This document shows, piece after piece, positions 39,336 to 51,741 of a DNA stretch of 64,000 bases. A program made the translations under genes and the position numbers. The notes under the pieces are model-generated. The model did no database searches. It was given only the letters and a program-made list of their open reading frames with translations, and was not told where the DNA came from. Location: contig CM075993.1 of NCBI GenBank assembly GCA_038087875.1, positions 2,916,001 through 2,980,000 of the forward strand, given 5' to 3'. The stretch comes from Malacoraja senta. Lineage: Eukaryota. How positions within the stretch are numbered: the first letter of the stretch is position 1; every line of letters starts with the position of its first letter.

Positions 39336-42059
39336 CTTATAGAAGCTCAGTATTATCTCTTGCCCCAACACCACCCCATTCCTCCCACCACCTCTCAAAA
39401 ATAAAGAGAGATCTCCTAAACCTTCAACTGAGATTTCTAGACCCATTATCCAGCATGGTTAGCATCATGGCAATCTCTTCCTACAGAGTACCTCAAGATG
39501 TTTCAGCCTACATACAGGAGCCATTGCACAAATGGAAATTGTTCACCAAGGTTTTATTTCTAGAGTTGGGTTGCCAAGAAGGGAAGTGCAGTGGCAAGGG
39601 CAGCAGTGACAAGTGGCAGCAACAAAACAGCATCAACAGCACCAAGTAATCACCAAAAATGTTCAACTCCTTGATGAACCACTATGAACTTGCAGTGTCA
39701 AATCTGGTTTCCCCGAGATGTTGCCTAAACCACCAAGGATCCCAAAATTGGATTAAGTTGGGATTTTGACATCAGTTATTTTGCTTATAGAAAAATAAAA
39801 CCATGTGTATAAAATTATGAGAGGAATAAATTGGGTAGATGCACAGAATCTCTTGCCCAGAGTGGTGGTGGTGGTGGTGGGGAGGGGTGGGGGAGAGAGA
39901 AATCGAGCACATAGATTCAGGGTGAAGGAGAAAAGATTTAATGGGAATCTGAGGGGTAACATTATCACACAAAGGGTGGTGGGTGTATGGAACAAGCTGC
40001 CAGAGGAGGTAGTTGAGGCTGGGACTATCCCAGTTAGACATGTACATGGATAGGACAGGTTTGGAGGAATATGGACCAAACGTGGGCAGGTGGGGCTAGT
40101 GTGGCTCTGACATGTTGGCCGGTGTGGGCAAGTTGGGCCGAAGGGCCTGTTTCCACACTGTATCACTCTATGACCCAATTCTCCTAGGTGAAGGAAGTCC
40201 AAGCTGCAGGACTAGAGGAACACGCATTGGAGGCAAATTCAACCAGACTGTACTTTCCCAGGCAGAAACTTCCAAACCCCCGTGGAGAAACAAGACTGTA
40301 TTTCCCACTTTGTGAGGGTGAGCATTTAGCAAGGAAGCCACCCCATTCAAAAAGCCACCCATCCCTGCAAAACAACACAATGCTCACAACATAACATGAC
40401 CCTAATAACAAAGATAGACACAAAAAGCCTGGAGTAACTCAGCGAGACAGGCAGCATCTCTGGAGAGAAGGATGGATGACGTTTTGGGTCGAGACCCTTC
40501 TTCGGACTGGTTAGGGAAAAGGGGTACGAGAGATATAGATGATGTAGAGAGATAAAGAACAATTAATAAAAGTCATCGACATTTTTTTTGCATATCTTAT
40601 GAGAGAAATGTAAAAAAGAAAAAACACAATATTAAGCACGTTAACCAAAAAAGTATTTTTATATAATGGTCAAATTTCACACCCAAAAACTTCATCCCAA
40701 GTCCAATCTCACAAGACACCTTGACCAGAGCAAATATTGTAGAAAATTGTTATCTGCTTATACTAGATCTATTTAACAAATGTGTTAACTGCTCCTCATT
40801 GGGCAAAAGTTTTTTCCCCCCCCCAGAGATAGGAAACAGGTATGTTTACACTAGACACTAGACACTAGAAACTAGACACTAGACACAGGAGTAGGCCATT
40901 CGGCCCTTCAAGCCAGCACTGCCATTCAATGTGATCATGGCTGATCATCCCCAATCAGTACCCCGTTCCTGCCTTCTCCCCATATCCCCCGACTCTGCTA
41001 TTTTTAAGAGCCCTATCTAGCTCTCTCTTGAAAGCATCCAGAGAACCTGCCTCCACCGCCCTCTGAGGCAGAGAATTCCACAGACTCACCACTCTCTGTG
41101 AGAAAAGTGTTTCCTCGTCTCCGTTCCGTTCTAAATGGCATGTAAACTCTGGAATGCAAACTGATACGGGGACGATTCCTCGCCCATTAAATGCTGATCT
41201 AAATACACTAAAACATGTTGAGCAGTCATGTAATTGGAACTGAAGATGGACACCAAAGCTGGAGTGACTCGGCAGGACAGGCAGCGTCTCCGGAGACGAG
41301 GAATGGGTGACGTTTCGGGACGAGACCCTTCTTCAGAAGAGCTGCTGCGTGTAGAGCATGTAATGTCATCATAGAAGAAACCCCCCTTCTTAACACTGAC
41401 GATCACACCACAGACTTACAATATTTAAAGTTTTTAAAAAAAATAAACAGAACGATAAATATTCCTAACTTTTTGTTTTAACGTGAAGCATCAGTAATCG
41501 CAGCATTAGGAAAGTCCTGAAGGGCACTCAGGCCTTATGTAGAGTTTAAGTAATAACATTTTCACCAGCTCCGTGGTGCAAAACCCCTGTCAATCCTTGT
41601 GTGAATAGCTGCTGCAACTTATCAACGGATAGCTTCGGTGGCGAACAATTGTCAGTGGCTTTGAAAAGGAAATGGGTGATTTTCGTGTTGCTAACAGCAG
41701 GGAAATTTAGAGTTTGTGGGCGGGGTAAAAAGGCTGGTGGATTCACCTTCGCTTTCTTTCTCCCCCCCCCCCCCCCCCCCCAACGAACCTCCATCCGTGC
41801 ATCTCCTCCAAAATTGTCTGAAGAAGGGCCTCGACCCAAAACTGATGCTGGTTTAAGCCTATCTTCGGTTTAAACCAGCATCTGCCGTTCATTTCCTACA
41901 ACACGGAAAGTGCTGAAAATGTTGGACAGCTCCCTTGTTAGATAACTCAACGCGGAGACACTGCAGTGGGAACCCGGTCCACAACGTCAGGCAATGTCAC
42001 CCCGTGCAAGCCGTACTCTTGACCACCTTGAAATTAAGGAACGGAGACGCGTGTCATTT

Positions 42060-42590
42060 TGGCAGAGAGTAACTCACGAATTCTCCCGAGTTTTCCCCAC
42101 CTCGATTCGAACTCGCAGAATGTCCGCAGCCCGTCCGTAGGAGGTCGTAGATATTTCGTAGCGGCTCGTAATGCCGGCTGTAGGTACTCGAAGCATCAGG
42201 TAAAAGTGGGGATTTTTTTTCAGCATGTTGAAAAATGTCCACGAGTTTAAAAAAAAAAATAGCCCCGAGTACCTACGGCTGGCATCTCCGAGTTTGAATC
42301 AAGGGGAAAACTCGGGAGAATTTGTGAGTAACTCGGGAAAGTGGGACAGGGCCTTTAAGGCCCTGTCCCACTTTCCCGAGTTACTCACGACTTTTCCCCT
42401 CGATTCAATCTCGGAGAATGCCCGTAGCGAGGTCGTAGGAGTCCGTAGATATTTCGTAGCGGCTCAGCCGTAGGTACTCGAGGCATCAGGTAAAAGCCGG
42501 GACGGTTTTTTTCAGCATGTTGAAAAATGTCCACGAGTAAAAAACAAAAAAAAGCCCCGAGTACCTACGACTGGCATCTCCGACTTTCCC
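42060..42590. mobile_element. Two abutting Harbinger-like MITEs
   Basis: Terminal repeats meet at gggcct-TTA-aggccc (42355-42357). Confidence 0.75.
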
Positions 42591-43399
42591 CATGCAGGAG
42601 AACTCCCCCTTCTCTTTCCCCCCCCCTACAAACGTTGCAATCGACTCGTATCTGCCACAACTTTAATAACATCACCAGACAGCAGATTAGAAATTCCCCC
42701 GTTGTCGTTGCAAAATAATGCAAACGGTGTTTTTCTCAATTAAGCAGGAAAAATATGAATGCTAAAAACAGCCACCCACCCACCCCACCCCACGCTACAG
42801 GCAAGAATAAATACCAGGTACACAAAAATGCTGGAGAAACTCAGCGGGTGCAGCAGCATCTATGGAGCGAAGGAAATAGGCAACGTTTCGGGCCGAAACC
42901 CACATGGGCTTGAGCTTCACATTAAGTACTGCAGTCTCGCTTTGGAAACGGAAGGCAACAATAGATGGAGACGCGACTTGGGTCCCTCGGTTGCTCTGGG
43001 ACGCCTCCCACAACACAGCCCATCATAGTCACAATATCGGCTCAATCGTGTGACTGCCGCGATGCAAATGCTAAATGCAGTAAGGGGCAGCCAACACTTA
43101 ACACAGACCACTATGCCGGAGAGAAAAGATCAAAAATCGGCTGTGTTACGGGCCTGTCGCACTCTTCAGGCGACTGTCAGGGACTAGTGCTAGCATTCAC
43201 CTCGCGACAACCTACGACAAACCTCCGACAGTAAAAATGGTTGCCACTGTCGCTTGTAGTCGCCCAAAAGATCGCCTAAGTGGGACAGGCCCTTTATGCA
43301 GCCCAACAATACGATTTCATCTAACTAGTTGCCACTGCTCAATGTGATCGACGTGCATTTCAAGATTGGTTAGCAAGGCGTGGAGTTTAACCTATAACC

Positions 43400-43803
43400 A
43401 TATAACCATAACAGCACGGAACAGCCATCTCGGCCCTTCAAGTCCGTGCCGAACATTAAAAATAAATAAAAAATACTTCCCCCTAGTCCCATCTACCTGC
43501 ACTCAGACCATAACCCTCCATTCCTTTTCCCGTCCATATACCCATCCAATCTATTTTTAAAGGATAACATCGAACTGCCTCCACCACTTCCACTGGAAGC
43601 TCATTCCACACAGCTACCACTCTCTGAGTAAAGAAGTTCCCCCTAATGTTCCCCCTAAACTTCTGTCCCTTAATTCTCAAGTCATGTCCCCTTGTTTGAA
43701 TCTTCCCTACTCTCAATGGGAAAAGCTTATCCACGTCCACTCTGTCTAACCCGCTCATAATTTTAAAGACCTCTATCAAGTCCCCTCTTAACCTTCTGCG
43801 CTT
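43400..43803 (-). mobile_element. CR1 LINE 3' fragment (third subfamily)
   Basis: IEVFKIMSGLDRVDVDKLFPL...FFTQRVVAVWNELP. Confidence 0.85.
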
Positions 43804-44845
43804 AAACGCAGAGGGGGGGGGGGGGGCGAGAACTCAGTCCCGGGTACAAACTGTACATAATCCGAATTTTCACTCAGGCTATTTGTCCGGTATTGTATTG
43901 TATGACACTTATTTGCACACAGAAAAGTCGTGCAGAATTAGGATTGTGTTTAAAAATTTACAAGACGAGGTCTTTTTTTTCTTTTTTTTTAATAAGTAAA
44001 ACAACTTTGCATATCCAGGGTTATAAGTTGCTCGTTTCAGTGGAAGCAGGACGTCACTTCGCCGACGATCAGCGTGTGAGGATGAGTGTCACATCACGAC
44101 TCGGTTTTAGCAGCGACGGTAACTAACTACACATATTGGGTCAACAAACACATTTGGCGTCTCTCATCCACAAGGAAGTACCTGGTTCACAACCGTGCCC
44201 GGACACGCCAGGGGTATTCATGGAGGCACTTGCCTCGCCACAGATCCGAATATTAACATGTCTGCAACTTGTCACAAGTCACAGAAAGATTCAAACATTG
44301 GAAAGTGGGCAAGTCAAATATCCGCACGGGGAGGGAGGACATAAGCATCGTCGCTCTCCCCCCCCCCCCCCCCCCCCCCCCCAACTCTCCAATGTCCACT
44401 CCAGTTCCCATCTTAACTGGTCAAATACAACAATACAGTTCAAGGAAAACACAAAGCATAATTCAGTGCCAGTTTGAACAGTCTTACAGAGTCGGAGCCA
44501 AAGCGAAAAACAAAACACACACACACACACACATCAGCAATACGTGTTTTTTTCCCCTCAACAGATTTGTCTATTAAGCAAGCAATATACAACGCGAAAT
44601 CTTGCAGCGATCTCGTTGTCGACTGCAATGTCACATCCAGCAACTGACAAGACTGATCGACGTGTTGTTATATAGGAGAAGGGGGAATGAAGTACAGAAA
44701 TCGCTCTCCACCTCTCTCACGTGGAAGCTATTAATGAGAGATCACAGAAGGATTCCACCCAGACAGCGCAACTCGCAACAGGGTGGAGGAGAGGGGAGGG
44801 GGGGGAGGTTTTCCAACACTCTGCAAACAGGCTTCGTCTACTTAC

Positions 44846-44928
44846 CCCTGGTAATGTCTTCTGTTCGTGTAGCGCACTCTGTGCTTTGAGCGCCGAGTCC
44901 CTGGCACAGTACGTGAGAAAGGCACAGC
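44846..44928 (-). CDS. CELF6: CELF-family coding exon 2 (RRM1, including RNP1)
   Basis: Not in the ORF track. Acceptor tttctaacgcag|GC, 83 nt encoding (G)[27 protein letters not shown], donor GGG|gtaagt. Phase matches exon 1 (G+GC=Gly). 'CARDS' is the CELF3/5/6 state (CELF4 has CERES); with '[11 protein letters not shown]' this points to CELF6. Confidence 0.9.
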
Positions 44929-45501
44929 CTGCGTTAGAAAATGAGCAAGTTTACTCTCCACTGGAAACGCCAGTGTATTCAATGCATCGAGTAGCGTCTG
45001 TCTATCTATACGGCAGATAAAACACACACACACACACAAAATGTGTAGGAAGGAACTGCAGGTGCTGGTTTAAACCCAAGATAGACACAGAAAGCTGGAG
45101 TAACTCAGCGGGACAGGCAGCATCTCTGGAGAGAAGGAACGTTTTGGGTCAGAACATTTTCAAACTAGGAGGCTCAGATTCAACAAATTTCACTTTTACC
45201 CGGGCACCTATTATTTTGTTGTGTGTGTGTGGTGTGGTGTGGTGTGTGTGTGTGTGTTTTAAATCTCGCCTCCACTTTACAACCGCCCTCCCCAGTCCAA
45301 GTTAAATTCAGGTCCCTTCACGCAGCGACTCAAAGTACAGGAATGAAACTGTTTAGGAAACGCGTTCGTTCGGATAACTGGTTAATTGAAACTTTTTAAC
45401 GTCTCATGAGAGCAGCTGCCTAATGTCAGAGGAGAGAGGGAGAGGGGGAGAGAGGGAGAGAGGGAGAGAGGGGAGGAGGGGGAGATTCACCACGATGATG
45501 T

Positions 45502-45771
45502 GTTTAAGAAGGAACTGCAGAAGCTGGAAAATCGAAGGTAGACAAAAATGCTGGAGAAACTCAGCGGGTGCAGCAGCATCTATGGAGCGAAGGAAATAGG
45601 CAACGTTTCTGAAGAAGGGTTTCGGCCCGAAACGTTGCCTATTTCCTTCAGGGTTTCGGCCCGAAACGTTGCCTATTTCCTTCGCTCCATAGATGCTGCT
45701 GCACCCGCTGAGTTCCTCCAGCATTTTTGTCTACCTTCGATTTTCCAGCATCTGCAGTTGGTTCTTAAACA
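45502..45771. mobile_element. Penelope-derived fold-back element containing a hammerhead motif (45609-45636, + strand)
   Basis: ~105-bp near-perfect inverted arms around ctgaagaagggtttcggcccgaaacgtt. Confidence 0.75.
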
Positions 45772-46194
45772 ACCTACAAACCTGCACGTCACCCGCTCAC
45801 ACACTAGTTTAGTTTGAAAGATACAGCACGGAAACAGGCCCTTCGGCCCTCCATGCGACACACACACGAGGGGGTGGGGGTGGGAGCAATGGGAAAGGAA
45901 CATGTAACATCCCAGAGAATAACATGCGGACACTTCACACGGTTATGTCTTAGAAGACTCAGTGTGAGTGTGTGAGTGGAGTGTGAGTGTGAGTGTGAGT
46001 GTGAGTGCGAGTGTGAGTGCGAGTGTGAGTGCGAGTGTGAGTGCGAGTGCGTGTGAGTGTGTGTGAGAGAGAATCCAACAAGCTCTTTCTTCCTGCAGGA
46101 AGGAACTGCAGATGCTGGTTTACACCGAAGATAGACACAAAATGCTGGAGTAACTCAGCGGGACAGGCAGCGTCTCCGGAGAGAAGGAATGGGT

Positions 46195-46222
46195 GACGTT
46201 TCGGGTCGAGACCCTTCTTCAG
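46195..46222 (-). ncRNA. Minimal hammerhead motif, sense to CELF intron 1
   Basis: Minus strand reads ggt-CTGAAGA-A-GGGT(ctcg)ACCC-GAAA-C-GTC-acc; stem I is only 3 bp (GGU/ACC). Confidence 0.6.
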
Positions 46223-46649
46223 ACCAAACGTGTGCAGGTTAATTTACAGAATAAAGTTATTGACATCTCCAGTTAGATCTACTCCATAAACCAATGGGAG
46301 GAAACGCATCTCCAATAAGGCCCTCGCTGCACCGGTGATGTAACAAGCTCGGACCAGCCGTGGGGTGTATTCAAGAGAGAGTTCGATTACAGCTCTTGGG
46401 GCTAACGGAATCAAGGGATATGGGGAGAAAGCAGGAACGAGGTGCTGATTTGGGATGATCAGCCACGATCATATTGAATGGCCGACTCCTGCACTGATTT
46501 TCCATGTTTCTACTGATTACACGAGTTGACCATATTTTGTGGTCAGTAACTATCGTGCACTATTACCCGAGGTGGACAATAAATGTTGGAGAAACTCAGC
46601 GGATGCGGCAGCATCTATGGAGCGAAGGAAATAGGCAACGTTTCGGGAC

Positions 46650-47195
46650 GAAACGTTGCCTATTTCCTTTGCTCCATAGAAGGGTTTCGGCCCGAAACGT
46701 TGCCTATTTCCTTCGCTCCATAGAAGAAGGGTTTCGGCCCGAAACGTTGCCCATTTCCTTTGCTCCATAGAAGAAGGGTTTCGGCCCGAAACGTTGCCTA
46801 TTTCCTTTGCTCCATAGAAGAAGGGTTTCGGCCCGAAACGTTGCCGATTTCCTTTGCTCCATAGAAGAAGGGTTTCGGGCCGAAACGTTGCCCATTTCCT
46901 TCGCTCCATAGAAGAAGGGTTTCGGCCCGAAACGTTGCCTATTTCCTTCGCTCCATAGAAGAAGGGTTTCGGGCCAAAACGTTGCCTATTTCCTTCGCTC
47001 CATAGAAGAAGGGTTTCGGCCCGAAACGTTGCCTATTTCCTTCGCTCCATAGAAGAAGGGTTTCGGGCCAAAACGTTGCCTATTTCCTTCGCTCCATAGA
47101 AGAAGGGTTTCGGCCCGAAACGTTGCCTATTTCCTTCGCTCCATAGAAGAAGGGTTTCGGCCCGAAACGTTGCCTATTTCCTTCGCTCCATAGAA
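46650..47195 (+). repeat. Tandem array of twelve ~47-bp units derived from the Penelope terminal module
   Basis: Unit gaaacgttgcctatttccttcgctccatagaagaagggtttcggccc, with starts at ~46650, 46694, 46741 and every 47 bp to 47164. Confidence 0.95.
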
Positions 47196-48284
47196 GCTGC
47201 CTCACCCGCTGAGTTTCTCCAGCATTTTTTGTCTACCTTCGATTTTCCAGCATCTGCAGTTCCTTCTTAAACACACGCAGTGTTACCTAGTGTGGACCTT
47301 CAGTAAGTAGACCAGGTCTGCCTATCCATCTATCTATACACACACACACACACGCCATCAAAAAGAGATTAAAAACAAGGAAAACTCAACATTAGAATAA
47401 GAACAAGGGTTTGAAATGATACAATTTACCTGACCTGTCAGGCCTCAACTATTAATCAGCCGCCGTTTCCACCAATCTACACAAACACACACCAGACAGG
47501 ACTGTGTGCCTTACACCCGCTGGTCCAATATAGAATTTAAAGTAAAGGGGGGATTTAAAATGGAGCTAATTAACAGATTGGACATGAAAAGTGCAATCAG
47601 ACTGATTGGGGGGAAACCCGGTGTTAATTATCGCACGGCACTAGAAGCAAGAATGGATGCATGGACTTGGAGTTTGTACATTTTAGGAAAGGTTTAATCG
47701 CTGTGAATTGGCACAAATGCACTTTAATTCGAGATATTAACACAATCTGGAGAAGGGACAGTCCAGCGTCAGTTTTAAATGCAGGACTACTTTTTGGTTT
47801 TGTTTAGAGATTTACAGCGAAGGCTCAGCTAGAGATCCAGGGTCCAAATCAACGTGAACAAATAATCAACTTTGGACGGGTGATTAGGAAGATCGGTTTA
47901 TTACATTGGATTGTGGGGGTGGGCTTTTTTATTTTTAAGGCGACCGGGGAGTCGCAGATGTGGACATGGTAAACCCATTCCTCCCAACATCTGTAATAAG
48001 TGCCGGGGCAGAGAGGGGCGGACACACACATACACAGCTGGATGTAGTGGGTTTGTACATTCAGGAAACTTTAATGACGGCTTGGTGGATGTTACGGAGA
48101 GGGGAGAGGGGGAGAGGAGAGAGGGAGAGAGGGAGAGAGGGAGAGGGGGAGAGGGGGGAGAGAGAGGGGGCAAAATATAAAGCACAGGAGGGTTTAGACA
48201 GGGGGCAGAGGTGGCAGAGGAGGGGGTGTTGGTGATTGGATATAGGAGAGAAGAGGCATGTCATAGAGAAGCAACCCTTTCCCT

Positions 48285-48719
48285 TTACACACTCACTTAC
48301 ACACACTCTTACACACACACACAATCCCTCACACACCACACTCTCACACCCACACCCACTCACTATCCTCTAACTCACACACACTCTCACTTACACTCTC
48401 ACACACACACACTCAGTCTCACACCCACTCACAATCTCTCACACACACACACACTCTCTCTATCTCTCACACACTCGCTCACACCCACACACACACTCTC
48501 ACACCCACACATTCTCGCATACACACACTCTCTCTCTCTCTCATCCACTCTCACACACACACATTCACAATTTCTCACACAATCTCTCTTGCACACACGC
48601 ACACTCTCTTACACTCACACGCACTCGGTCTCTCTCACACACACTCTCACACACACACACACACTCACAGTCTCTCACACACTCTCTCTTACACACACTC
48701 TCTCTCTACACACACACAA

Positions 48720-48753
<34 letters not shown>

Positions 48754-48790
48754 TCACTCTCATTCTCACCCCCACCCACCCACCCACCCA
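48285..48790. repeat. (CA)/(CT)-rich compound microsatellite at the start of intron 1
   Basis: Direct reading; UG/GA-rich in the pre-mRNA. Confidence 0.9.
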
Positions 48791-48860
48791 CTCCCAGCTC
48801 CGGGTTCGCTGTATCCAGCATCCCCACTCGGAAGGATTTGAATGATGGGCTCACACAGAC

Positions 48861-49102
48861 CTTTGTGCATACCAGTGAAGCGGTCCTTCAGCACAGTCAG
48901 TTCGTAGATTTTACCAAATTCCTCGAACAAGGGCTTTAGGTCCTTCTCCTCCAGGTTGCGGGGAATCTGCCCGATGAACAGTTTGATGGCGTCGTGATCT
49001 TTCATTGGGATGGTGTTCTGACTGTGGCTTAAACCGTTCATCCGCCCGCTGCCCCCACTATTGTTGGTGTCGAGCTGCACACCGGTTGCTCATAGTGGCC
49101 AT
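48861..49102 (-). CDS. CELF6: CELF-family (CUGBP Elav-like) RNA-binding protein, coding exon 1 (N-terminus and first part of RRM1); 1-nt frameshift near the start
   Basis: Reads ...[61 protein letters not shown](G), matching RRM1 of CELF4/CELF6. Phase-1 donor AAAG|gtctgt at 48861/48860. The ATG at 49102 (aagATGG, M-A-T-M-S-N) is 1 nt out of frame; in-frame ATGs lie at 49041 and 49005. The CELF6 call over CELF4 rests on exon 2 residues. Confidence 0.85.
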
Positions 49103-49108
49103 CTTCAA

Positions 49109-49150
<42 letters not shown>

Positions 49151-49258
49151 TCTCTCTCTCTCCCTCCCTCCCTCTCCCCTCTATCCCTCTCTCTCTCTCT
49201 ATCTATCTCTCTCTCTTCGCTAACGTCAGCCCTCTTTAACTAGGAGTCTGCAAAGAAC

Positions 49259-49266
49259 TGACGTCA
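49259..49266. promoter_or_regulatory. Palindromic CRE (TGACGTCA), with a variant site TAACGTCA at 49221-49228
   Basis: Perfect CRE ~160 bp upstream of the CELF ATG, in a short unique island between (GA)n and (CA)n tracts. Function is inferred. Confidence 0.45.
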
Positions 49267-49302
49267 GGGATGCTTGCTTGATGCTGAATTAATATTGCTG
49301 GG

Positions 49303-50013
<711 letters not shown>

Positions 50014-50268
50014 CACTTCTTCAGTCCAGCCTGTGTTGAAGGGGGAAGAGGGAGATTTAAACCAACACACACACACGCCAGGAGCAAGCTGGCATTGCCT
50101 TAACCCACAGCTTGCTGGGTCGGTCCACTACCCTTCATGTATTGAGTGGCAAGTTTCCTCCTTGTTTGGTGCTGCTGGTGCAGGTCTGGTCTCCGGCATA
50201 TTATCCCTCTTCACCAGCCAGAGACACTGCCAGCTGTATCCTGGAGAGCATGTGTCAGAGACAGAGAT

Positions 50269-50700
50269 GGAGAGAGAGAGGGGAGGGGAGGAAGATAGAG
50301 AGAGGAGAGAGGGATGGGGAGGGAGAGGGAGGGGGGGAGAGAGGGAAGGGGGGAGAGAGAGGGGGGGAGAGAGAGGGAGGGAGAGGGGAGAGAGAGAGGG
50401 AGGGGGGGGGAGAGAGGGAGGGAGAGAAAGGGGAGAGAGAGGGAGGGGGGGAGAGAGAGGGGGAGAGAGAGGGAGGGGGGAGGAGAGAGGGAGGGAGAGG
50501 GGGGAGAGAGAGGGAGGGGGGGAGAGAGAGGGAGGGGGAGAGAGAGAGAGGGAGGGGGAGAGAGAGGGAGGGGGAGAGAGAGAGAGGGAGGGGGAGAGAG
50601 AGAGAGGGAGGCAGAGAGAGAGAGAGGGAGGGGGAGAGAGAGAGAGAGGGGGGGGGAGAGAGGGAAGGAGGGGGAGAGAGAGAGAGGGAGTAAGAAAGAG
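50269..50700. repeat. Polypurine (GGA/GA)n tract
   Basis: About 430 bp of almost pure G/A. Confidence 0.95.
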
Positions 50701-51336
50701 GAAAAAAAAATTAGAAGAGCAACGATGAAAGAAATGTGTTAGGGTGGGAGGGGAGTTAAGAGTGATACAGGTGGAACAGGCCCTTCGGCCCAACGCCCAA
50801 ACTAGCCAACATGTCCCAGCTACAAGAGTCCCGCCTGCCTGTGTTTGGCCCATCTTCCTCTAAACCTGTCCTATCCATGTACCTGTCCAAATGTTTTTTA
50901 ACCGTTGTATAAGTCCCTGCCCCAACTACGTCCTCGGCAGAGTAAAGTCAGATTGGTTGTCGATCTTGTTCTCAGTTAGGAGACTGACCTTGCAGTAAAG
51001 CCCATCCCCATCTGGGCTCAGGAAGTTCTCATTACAAGAGCAGTCGGACAGCACTCCAGCGCGTGGTCAACAAAACAAGACAGTGCGGACTTTTTAGCTT
51101 TCAGTTTTACTTAAAATTTGATGCCAGGTCTTCACCTGGTCCAAGGTGAAATTGGGTAGACGAGGGATCGCTTCCAGACGAGTTCAACATCTTCGGCGTA
51201 CACTACACTAAAGGGAGAACAATGATGGGCTCCGACACCTTCTGATGACCCTGCGATCTCAACGTCTGAGGCCAATTGCAGACCATTCTTCACCAGGGTG
51301 AGTCCAAGCGCCTTTGCTTGCAGAGCTGCTGCCTTA

Positions 51337-51741
51337 AGTGCCTGTCCCACTTTCACGACTTAATTCAAAAACCTCTGCCGAGTTTAAAGGACCTAAAAAA
51401 AAATCAAGATCGTGGTAACCGACAAACTCCTAGGACCTTGTCTACGAATTCCTACGACTATTTCGATGCCCTCCTTACGAGTAAAACATTTCTTTTCATT
51501 CCGACCATTTTCTTTCATCCCGACAATTTTAAAAAACTCGTGGACATTTTTTATTGGGCTGGAAAAACCGTCCCGACTTACCTGATGCCACGAGTACCTA
51601 CGGCCGGCGTAACGAGCCGCTACGATATATCTACGAACTCCTACGACCTCCTACGGGCTCGTTACGAACATTCTGCAAGTTTGAATCAAGGGGAAAACTC
51701 CAGAGAATTCATGAATAACTGGTGAAAGTGGGACAGGCCCC
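51337..51741. mobile_element. Harbinger-like MITE
   Basis: GCCTGTCCCACTTTCAC / GTGAAAGTGGGACAGGC terminal repeats; interior related to 6775-7056 and 26134-26531. Confidence 0.75.

Noticed and set aside
1..44845. CELF exon 3 (MNRPIQVKPA...)
   Set aside because: Not found by eye on the minus strand; probably outside the window, though I cannot exclude a miss without tBLASTn.
46650..47195. CRISPR-like array
   Set aside because: Units are head-to-tail with no unique spacers, there are no cas genes, and the context is vertebrate.
51132..51356. Possible exon of a neighbouring gene or a C/D snoRNA (TGATGA...CTGA)
   Set aside because: Peptide not recognised, the ORF begins in a MITE, and the box spacing is too short.
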